Shown piece after piece: positions 21,481-30,284 of a stretch of DNA of 64,000 nucleotides (position 1 is the stretch's first letter; each line of letters begins with the position of its first letter). Both the position numbers and the translations under genes were made by a program. The stretch spans positions 182,952 to 246,951 of the forward strand of contig CBFFSA010000018.1 of assembly GCA_965644495.1 (NCBI GenBank), read 5' to 3'. The DNA is from Perkinsela sp. CCAP 1560/9. Lineage: Eukaryota > Protista > Euglenozoa: Kinetoplastea. The notes beneath the pieces were generated by a model, which saw only the letters and a list, made by a program, of their open reading frames with translations, had not been told where the DNA came from and did not search any database.

Positions 21481-22055
21481 CAGTGTTGTATTCAATTACG
21501 ATATTATCTAATTACGAATTTAAGGATTTTTTTCGGCGAAAATAATCTTAATTGAATAATATCGTAATTAAATACTATCGTAATTGAATAATGTCGTAAA
21601 TAAATATTATCGTAAGTAAATTCTTAATTTTGTTTATCCATTATTTTCAAGAACATGACATGTTGTAGGTAAATTGTTTTGAACGAGTGCGTTGAACGAG
21701 TAAAAGCCGCAGAAAATTAATACGTGTATGTTATATCAGCCCTGATGGATAAGAGAAGTTACTTCTATTCTTCCGATTCCATCGGATTATGACAACTTTT
21801 AAGCAGCACGCTCTTACAAGATCAGTCGTCCGCTGAATTGACTCGGCTGCCCAAACCTCTCGATGTTCATCTTTGTCTTTCACCTCAACTGCCAATGCGA
21901 CATCGATAGGAGTTGTCATTTTCAATCCCCGAAAAACTCAAACTGAAAACTCAAAACAATTTAAGGATTTTTTTTGGTGAAAATAATCTTAATTGAATAA
22001 TATCGTAATTAAATATATCCGTAATTAAATACGATCGTAATTAAATACAACACTG
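21481..22055. mobile_element. TA-flanked MITE with CAGTG termini (Tc1/mariner/pogo-like)
   Basis: ta|CAGTGTTGTATTCAATTACGAT ... ATCGTAATTAAATACAACACTG|ta (21/22 TIR match). Subterminal ATCGTAATT repeats. Confidence 0.85.
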
Positions 22056-22204
22056 TACGCTTATTTAATAAGCGTTTTAACACGTTTTCAGATAAAACAT
22101 AGAAAAAAGTGTCAAAAAAGTTGAGAGAAAGGAAAAAAAGCACACTTCCGAGTAAGGGAGAATTTAGCCATTTTGACCCAAAATCCATTCTCTCACTGGC
22201 GGAG

Positions 22205-22583
22205 GCGGAGGCGGCGGAGTGGCAAGAATTCAAAGTTTGAAGCACATGGTGCTCAGATGGCGAGTTCAAACCCGCTCATCGCAATATTCCTGGCGGCTTC
22301 ACTCTAAGAGGCTGGGCTGAGAACCGACTAGGCCCAGTACTCGGAGGACCGTCCCGGATCCTCCCCTCAGGGATCCAGCTCCCTTACCCGGCTCACACCT
22401 CTTGGGTGAGCCGTGTTGACGTACAGTTCGTCGACGCAACGTGTTGGTAACAGCACGTTGGTGCCGCCTTGGACAAGCGGAAACTGGTAGAGTACGTCGG
22501 CCTCGGAACTTCCAAATCTCTCTGTGAAGGGTCTGGCTTGCCAGTGACCATCCGGAGCAATCCGGAATGATTTGGATTTTTGG
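22205..22583 (+). ncRNA. Candidate Pol III structured RNA / tRNA-derived SINE
   Basis: A-box-like GGCGGAGTGG (22213) and B-box GAGTTCAAACC (22262). Many hairpins, two with GNRA loops. The only T>=4 run is T5 at 22577. Flanked by an 18/19-bp direct repeat. Confidence 0.55.
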
Positions 22584-22964
22584 ATTCTCTCACTGGGGGA
22601 GGGTCTACAGTACGTTAAAATATGCTGTATGCTAAGCAAGAGTTTTTAATTGATAGGATGTCTAACGGATTCTTTCAATCTGTAAAAACTTTGCCGCGTA
22701 TTACTTTACACATCTTTTAGAAACAGGATATCTGTGCTCATATTGTTTATTGTATTTTTTGAAGTTATAGTGCTCAGTTTTACCTCCTTAAAGGAGGTAA
22801 CAGCACGGGAAACTGCTCAGTTTGGCCATCTGAGCACAAAAATAACACTATTTACCAGAAAATCTGGCACTATCCGTAGTACTGGCACTATCTAGTACCA
22901 GTTATACCAGTCTATATCTAGTACCAGTTATAGTACCTATAACTAGTATCTGGCACTATCCGAG

Positions 22965-23004
22965 TATATCCGTAATTAAATACGATCGTAATTAAATACA
23001 ACTG
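22965..23004. mobile_element. Solo right end of the CAGTG MITE family
   Basis: TATATCCGTAATTAAATACGATCGTAATTAAATACAACTG|ta is nearly identical to 22014-22055. Confidence 0.7.
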
Positions 23005-23358
23005 TATATCAGGGAAAACTGTCGCAAAGTGTCTTAGAATATCTTAGAATAATGCCGAATCACATTTTTGTTTTTTGTTAGAATGTTTTTTCAAAAATTT
23101 GTTTTTTACTAAAAAAGCCACCGACGTTATGTCTTGGGACTGAATAACTGCTGCTCACAATTCTATGAGTTTGAATAAATACAATCATATGAGTCTGAAT
23201 AAATTACGCGGTGTGTTGTCGAGTGGAGAGTTTGTACTTCCTATCGTCACTCCTTTCGCATGCGTTTCATTGCTATTTCCGAGGAGATGACACACTAGTT
23301 GATGATATTTTTCGGCGGTGATGGAATCGCGGGGAAGAGGGAGGATGTTTCGATAGCT

Positions 23359-23556
23359 ATGTAACCCAGGATAAAGTGGACGAGGGAGGTTCCAAAAGCA
23401 CCTTTAAACCACCACAAAAATGGAATGATATCTCCCGATTTGTAAAGGATTCCGACGTGCCAAAAGAATCTTTAAGGGACATACCCTTCCATTTTTATGG
23501 TGGTTTGCCAAAGGTGCTTTTAGTATCTCCCTCGTCCACTTTAGCTTGGGTTACAT
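23359..23556. repeat. ~200-bp foldback element with ~80-bp imperfect arms
   Basis: ATGTAACCCAGGATAAAGTGGACGAGGGAG..AAAAGCACCTTT..AAACCACCA.AAAAATGGAA is mirrored at the right end. Confidence 0.88.
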
Positions 23557-24338
23557 TTTTTTCAGAATTTCTTGTCATATCATACGTATGTAAACGTGTA
23601 AGAACGCATGTAGAGGCGTGTGTATGTCCTTCACAAGCGGAGAGGACTCAAAAAATATCACTTGTAAAGTGAAAAAAACTTTATAGTTTTCTTATAGTTT
23701 TATAGTAAAATATAGTAAATATAGTACTATATAGTAACTATATTCAATGAAAAAACTGTATTTTACTATATTATAGTTTCTGCGAACCACGTTTTTTATT
23801 AAGTTTATAAAAGTATCCAAAGAGAGACTATGCGAGCATCTTGACGCTCCTCAATCATCATACTTCATTGTATGCATGACATGTCCTTAGCAATTGCCTG
23901 GAGAGAACACGTGTGCACTTCATGTAGTGAACAACATGTACCGTGTTTTGTTTGGTGTGCAAGGTGACGTAATTTCCCGCTGCGACCTTTCTGAGAACTG
24001 GCAGCCTGTGCTTCCCCTACCTGGGTAGAGTTTCACCTATTTATGAAGTAGGCTTTATGCGAGCCTTTATCTATGATGGCAAGAAAACAACTTGCAAGGA
24101 GATATAGATACTTTACTATACTATACTATTTTGGCCGCGCCCAATGACACCTACCTCCCCTAGTTATTTGTCACCTAATGAACGCCACCCCCCTAGTTAT
24201 TTGTCACACACCCGCCCCCTCTACTTATTTGTCACTTTTCTCCAAAAAGGGGTGACAAATACAGGTAGGGGGGTGTATGTAAGTAGGGGGGGTATAGTAT
24301 TAAGCTGCGAGAGAAAACGATTTTATTTAAACCACATA

Positions 24339-24644
24339 CCGTAGACCCCCCCAGTAACAGAATTGATTTTGGGTCAAAATGACCAAATCCTTGTTACTGG
24401 GGGTATGCTTTTTGGGTGAGAAAAGACATTTTTTGTACATGAGTGCGTTGATTTTCAGCCCATCCAACCCCGCAACCACGCCATTCGCTCCCTCGCAACC
24501 GCCCTCACCCCGCCCAGCCACCATCACCATCACCCCCCCCCCCTCCAACGACCCTCCCGAGCCAAACCCTTGTTACTGGGGGTCAGCCGAAAAAGGGTCA
24601 AATCCTTGTTACTGGGGGGGTCTATTACTGGGGGGGGTCTACGG
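24339..24644. mobile_element. TA-flanked MITE with CCGTAGACCCCCCCAGTAA termini
   Basis: ta|CCGTAGACCCCCCCAGTAA ... TTACTGGGGGGGGTCTACGG|ta. Internal CCTTGTTACTGGGGG repeats. Confidence 0.85.
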
Positions 24645-24646
24645 TA

Positions 24647-25451
24647 CCCATTTAACATACCCCCCCCCCCCCCGGTATGTTATCAATGTATACATCAAGG
24701 TAGGTATGTTGCGGTGGTTGTATAACTACCGCTCTACCCTCGATTATTGAAAAAAAGTGAAAAACAGTGAAAATATAAAGAGGAACACAGTAATATAATA
24801 GAAGAAAAATTTATAAAAGGGGCTCCGGTGGTCCAAAAATTTTCAAAAAAAATCCGACCCTTGGGGGGCCCAGGGGTTTTCGCCCACAAGATGCATCATA
24901 TTGGAAATTCAGCATACAGATGGATAGTAGGTTTAAAAGATAATGAGAAATACATGTATGTTAAAATATTTTGAGATATTTCAATAGCAGATTAATATTA
25001 GGACTCGAGTAGTATGTACTTGTGAAATTAAGGGGGCATACCGCACGAAGTTTTTTGAAAAAAATATTTTTCGAAATAAAGGCGCAGAAGGGGTATCCGG
25101 GGTCTTGGCGCGCATTTTCCACCCCTCTACCCGGGGGTGACCCCCCTTCGTATCCGCAGAACGGGTCGGTCAAGTTCGGCTATTTTTTTTTGAAAAAAAT
25201 TTCAACTTTTTTAGTTAGAACCTGTATCTAAAGATGTACCGCGTGTAGTACTAAATGCTAAAACGTATCAAAATACATCTAAAAACGCATAAAAGAAACA
25301 TTTTGTTTAAAAAGGTACGTGATATTACGGTTGGGTTTTTGTACCGTTGCACAAAAAAAGCCGTGGGACGAGGGGGGGTATGTTAAGTGTCGCAGGCCAG
25401 AATAACATACCCCCCCGGTATGTTATCCAAGGTATAGGTATGTTAAACGGG
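24647..25451. mobile_element. TIR element (CCCRTTTAACATACC) carrying copy C of the dispersed repeat
   Basis: ta|CCCATTTAACATACC ... GGTATGTTAAACGGG (14/15). Subterminal TAACATACCCCC..GGTATGTTA palindromes at both ends. The right flank is TG rather than TA. Confidence 0.65.
24709..25206 (-). repeat. Dispersed repeat copy C, split by a ~150-bp unrelated insert
   Basis: Reverse complement of copies A/B. Similarity is lost at ~24880-25030. Confidence 0.8.
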
Positions 25452-25465
25452 TGGTTTACATATTA

Positions 25466-25782
25466 CCGTAGAAATGGTAATTAGGGAATATTTTAATTAA
25501 GGAAGATTTCTTTGTGACACGAAATTATTTCCTTAATTAAAGTTTTCTTAATTTTCTTCTTCCTCAATTTTAGTAAGGTAAGCGTCTTTCACATAAAGAA
25601 ATGATGAACTAATACATACAACAGAGGTCACTTCTACGTTGAAAACAACCACCGCGGTTAAAGAAGCGACATAAATCAAAGAAAATTCGAAAGAATTTCG
25701 GAGAAAAGTCAGTGGGACGAAATTATTTCCTTACATTAAAGTTTTAATATTTTTTAATTTTCCTTAATTGCCCTTTATGTGG
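25466..25782. mobile_element. Degenerate TA-flanked MITE
   Basis: ta|CCGTAGAAATGGTAATTAGGG ... CCTTAATTGCCCTTTATGTGG|ta (15/21). Two internal ACGAAATTATTTCCTTA direct repeats. Confidence 0.45.
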
Positions 25783-26458
25783 TACCGTAGAAACCGAATA
25801 TGGGCGGTAATCATTGTTCGCACTTGTGACCTGTTTTTGCTTTGCACACAAGTGTGATGACAAAAATTCTTTTACTACACATTAGTGTTTTTTACACAGA
25901 GGACGGTAGTTGGTACCTATGATTACAGAGACCCTGTGGCATTGGATGCAAGAATCGTTTGCATCACTTTCAATGGTGCACGCACACATTACACACCGTA
26001 TAGGTTCCCCCAAAGACGCGTGGCGGTCCACCCTGCAGCGAGGACAGTACAATTTTCACATCACAATAAGTTTGAATACGTGGAGAGTTCGAATCTAGAA
26101 ACAAATAACGAGCATTTAATAAATATAGTAACAATCCATATCTGTTCAACTAAACATGTACAAAATGATCAACGAGGACCAGTAGCAGTGGTCCACCGTG
26201 GCCCCGAAAAAAGACGCCAAGTTGCAGGGAGTCCAATGCCGTGCAACCTTAGCGATCACTGGCAGCCACTGGAGGTCACGAGAGTCCACATCTGACCTTT
26301 AGAAAAGCTGTTTTACTGACTCTCTATTGTAAAGTACACTCGAAATCTCATTAGCCTCTGGAAAAAACTCCATAAAGCGGTTTATCGAATCTCCGTGACT
26401 TCCTGAATATTGGTTGTCTGGATGGTAAATTTGCTAAATTGAAAATTCGTATTTTAGA

Positions 26459-27295
26459 CTACCAAATTGTTTCCCTAATGTCGAGCTTCATACCTTTCGG
26501 CAATCCCATAAGACTACCAACCGTGATATTGTTATTTTTCAAAGCCAAGAATTTCATCCCAGATGGGAGATGTGTAAGATTAACATGTCCAACAAAACAA
26601 TTATTGGAGAGGGAAAGATAACGCAAAGAAAAAGGAAGCGCATCTAAAACAAGCAAGCCTGATAATTGATTATCGTGCAGATACAATTCTGATAGCGTAT
26701 TAGGTAAAAGTGACAGAGAGATACCACCGGCGAACATGTTCTTGTGCAATTCCATTTTTTTCAAATCAGCAGGTAGTGCCTCGAATGCTACCTCACCAAA
26801 GAACAAGTTCGTATGAATTGATATGAATTGCAATTTTGATGGAGCGTCATTCAAACGTAAATCGCATTTCATTCGATTGCTGTGCCCTTTTAAACGGATA
26901 ATTCCCTTTGGAAGGCACTCTAGCGATAATCCACCGGAGATATGATTCTTTGCAACGTTTATAGAAATTATATTCGAGGGAAGATAAGCCCAAGATAAAT
27001 TTCCTGTCATGTTTCTGTTTTTCAAGTTGATTTCGGTCACGCGACCTTGTGCATCACACCGGATGCCGCATCGTTGACATGCTGACAACTCCGGTTTTTC
27101 CCAATCTGATGGAAAAGTTTTCATTTTTGACACAAGAAGATTCAGACACATGTAATCAGGAAATACTCCGCCGCGCACTTTGGCACCCCGATGCACAGAG
27201 TTATCGTACATCATACCATATTCGACAAACATACATGTATGCTCAAGAGCAATAAAGCTCAAAAAAAGCAGAACGCCGCGGTTCATGAAATGCAC
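26459..27295 (-). CDS. Leucine-rich repeat protein with hydrophobic N-terminus
   Basis: Cap ACQRCGIRCDAQGRV, then repeats such as LPADLKKMELHKNMFAGGISLSLLP and LPNTLSELYLHDNQLSG. Confidence 0.85.
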   Translation of the reverse strand: MHFMNRGVLLFLSFIALEHTCMFVEYGMMYDNSVHRGAKVRGGVFPDYMCLNLLVSKMKTFPSDWEKPELSACQRCGIRCDAQGRVTEINLKNRNMTGNLSWAYLPSNIISINVAKNHISGGLSLECLPKGIIRLKGHSNRMKCDLRLNDAPSKLQFISIHTNLFFGEVAFEALPADLKKMELHKNMFAGGISLSLLPNTLSELYLHDNQLSGLLVLDALPFSLRYLSLSNNCFVGHVNLTHLPSGMKFLALKNNNITVGSLMGLPKGMKLDIRETIW

Positions 27296-28195
27296 CCTTT
27301 ATGAAGGCCGAATCCTATTTTATTGTATCTCAAAAATATACATATTTAATACATTTTTTCCTTTTATACTGTATATTATACAGTACAGTGTACTATAAAT
27401 ACAGTGTTCGTAAAAATTCGTATATTTTTACGACACTAAGTATTATTTCGCACCACTACTTCATGAATGCAAGAAAAAATAACTGGGACAAGGCTCATAA
27501 ATAATGTTTACAGAAAAACACTGAAATTTTTTATCATTTCTTTAAGCGTCAATTCACGTTTTTGCCATATTCGGCATTGTAGTTCTAATTTAATATGTTA
27601 AAAGCTACCCCATGCACGGCCCGAGTGGCCCCCAAAACCGGTGAGAAATATCTGCGAGCGACTGATGCTAGACATTGATAATGCGCCACGAAGGAATTTA
27701 TGAAAACATGACCTTAAAAGCTATAAATGTGAGGGGCTGCGGGGATGATCTCGCGTGATCTTGTTTTGACACAGTAGGAGAAAAACAAAGTAAAATATAT
27801 TGACAGTTTTCTCTTTCATAACGTTTGTATGAAAGCATACACGTTTTATCCCGTTTTTGATTATTATTCTTGGTTCATTCGATTATCTATTGCTTTTCTT
27901 CAATGAAGTCGAACGCTGAGCTGAAAACCCGAATTCAAAGTTCCACTGAGTCATCATTGTCTTTGGATGATACGCTTCATAATCAGCGCATTCGTATAAA
28001 ATTGTATTCGTGAAGATTGAAAAACTCAAATCAAGTGTAAAATACATTAATGTAATCCTACCCTTCGTCAAATCCATCGAATATGTTTGTACATCAATAT
28101 ATAAAGTATAAAGTAAAACAACATATGTCACTTAGTAGCGCTACTATAATTCATTTTCTCACAGTACTAACGAATGGGAAACTATTTTTCAATAT

Positions 28196-28755
28196 TCAAT
28201 AGCCTCCCTGTCGAGTCGAAGCAGTATCTGAAGGCCCAGGCTGACGATGTTCCTGAAATTGTCGTTGTTGCTGCGGTACGTGGCTTTGCTCCAGAATACG
28301 TTCGTGTGGAAGCGTAGCGTGCGGAGATGGAAGCTGTGGCTGTAGGACGCTTGGAGGCTGGCAACTGGAACCGGAGAACTGCATCCGGGCCACTTGAGCC
28401 AATAAACTGGAAACCTGCGTCGCGAGCTGCTGTACTATTCGCTCAAGGGAATTCTGCGCCGCTGCCGCAGCCTGAGTGTTAGGAAAGTCAGACGCTTGAG
28501 GCTGCGTTTCTTGGTTATTGAAAAATCCGTTCCATACTGTACTGCCTACTGCCCCTGCAACGCTTCCCAAAACACCAAGAGGCCCCGGATTTCTTCTAGA
28601 TTAGAATTCCGGCGGGCACTAACTGGAGGCGTCTCCACCTGTCTCGTAGGTCGTGAGGCCTGGGATTTCGGCGATGAGGTGCGCGGGGTGCTAGGGGGAG
28701 TTAGGGCTTCCCCCCGATCCGCGGCTTCTCGCGCTTGCGAACGGGTCACAACCAT
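28196..28755 (-). pseudogene. Frameshifted Gln/Pro/Ser-rich ORF (two overlapping halves)
   Basis: MVVTRSQ...EEIRG (28546-28755) overlaps LGVLGSVAGAVG...GGY (28196-28570) in another frame. A 1-nt indel near 28580-28605 would join them. Confidence 0.45.
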
Positions 28756-28906
28756 AAACTTTTTATGAAAACTTTTTAAACGTGGATATAAACACTTTCC
28801 TTGGTATATAATAAAATATTATGCTTTACGTGCTGAAATATTCATGTGTATTGAACTAAATTGAATACGCAGATTACTTTCACAAGTTCTCACAACCTCG
28901 TCGTTC

Positions 28907-28955
28907 GAAAAAGGCATATCAAAGTTTTATGACTTCACGACTTCAATCGCGGCGA
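28907..28955 (+). repeat. Isolated partial 177-bp satellite monomer
   Basis: GAAAAAGGCATATCAAAGTTTTATGACTTCACGACTTCAATCGCGGCGA matches the array consensus. Confidence 0.92.
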
Positions 28956-30284
28956 GGGGTGGGGCCCAGGGGCGGGGTACACGGGGGGAGTCCAGGGGTG
29001 GGGGCAGGGTGCGGTCCAGGGGGAGTCGAGGGCGGGTCCAGGGGGGTGTCCAGGGGGGGTCTAGGGTGCAGTCCAGGGGGTCTCCAGGGGGGGGTCCAGG
29101 GGGGAGGTTCAGGGGGGGTCCAGGGGTGGGGGCAGGGTGCGGTCCAGGGGGAGTCCAGGGCGGGTCCAGCGGGTGTCTCCAGGGGGGGGAGTCCAGGGGG
29201 TGTCTCCAGGGGGGGAGTCCAGAGGGGAGGTTCAGGGGGGGGGTCTAGGGTGCGGTCCAGGGTGTGTCTCCAGGGAGGGGGTGTCCAGGGGTGGGGGCAG
29301 GGTGCGGTCCAGGGGGAGTCCAGGGCGGGTCCAGGGGGGGGTCTACGGTGCGGTCCGGGGGGTCCAGGAGGTCTCTCCAGGGGGGGTGTCCAGGGGGGGT
29401 GTCCAGGGGGGGTGTCCAGGGGGGGGTGGGGTCCAGGGGGTCCAGGGGGGTGTCCATGGGTGGGGGCAGGGTGCGGTCCAGGGGGAGTCCAGGGCGGGTC
29501 CAGGGGGGTGTCCAGGGGTGGGGGCAGGGTGCGGTCCAGGGGGGAGTCCAGGGCGGGTCCAGGGGGTGTCTCCAGGGGGGGAGTCCAGGGGGTGTCTCCA
29601 GGGGGGGAGTCCAGAGGGGAGGTTCAGGGGGGGTCCAGGGGTGGGGGCAGGGTGCGGTCCAGGGGGAGTCCAGGGCGGGTCCAGGGGGGTGTCCAGGGGT
29701 GGGGGCAGGGTGCGGTCCAGGGGGAGTCCAGGGCGGGTCCAGGGGGGTGTCCAGGGGGGGGTCTAGGGTGCAGTCCAGGGGAGGTCCAGGGGGGTGTCTA
29801 GGGGGGGGTCTACGGTGCGGTCCGGGGGGTCCAGGAGGTCTCTCCAGGGGGGGTATCCAGGGGGGGTGTCCGGGGGGTCCAGGGGGGTGTCCATGGGTGG
29901 GGTCCAGGGGGTGTCTCCATGGGTGGGATCCAGGGGGGAGGTCCAGGGGGGTGTCCATGGGTGGGGGCAGGGTGCGGTCCAGGGGGAGTCCAGGGCGGGT
30001 CCAGGGGGGTGTCCAGGGGGGGGGGTCTAGGGTGCGGTCCGGGGGGAGTCCAGGAGGTCTCTCCAGGGGGAGTGTGTCCAGGGGGAGGGTCCAGGGGGGG
30101 GTGTCCAGGGGGTGTCTCCAGGTGGGAGGTTCAGGGGGGGTCCAGGGGGGGGGTCCAGGGTGCGGTCCGGGGGGTCCAGGAGGTCTCTCCAGGAGGTCGA
30201 AGGGGGAGTACAGAGCGTGTCCAGGGTGGGGGGTAAATGTCGGAGGTTCAGGGAGGGGGGGGGGTAGGACGCGGTTCAGTTCTC
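28956..30284 (+). repeat. G-rich complex minisatellite, TCCAGGGG(G)n modules; predicted G-quadruplex block
   Basis: Dozens of G3-G9 runs on the plus strand. Recurring module GTCCAGGGGTGGGGGCAGGGTGCGGTCCAGGGGGAGTCCAGGGCGG. Confidence 0.92.

Noticed and set aside
22205-22283. Functional tRNA gene
   Set aside because: The anticodon and D arms cannot form canonically and the T and acceptor stems have mismatches; kept only as a tRNA-like head.
22288-22345. ingi/L1Tc 77-79-bp signature (HDV-like ribozyme)
   Set aside because: Only CCTGGCG and CCAGTAC resemble it; I could not build the P1/P2/P3 nested pseudoknot.
28929-30236. Gly-rich and Pro-rich ORFs, or an interstitial telomere, in the G-rich block
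   Set aside because: Frames are open because of low complexity. There is no tandem TTAGGG and G-run lengths vary irregularly.
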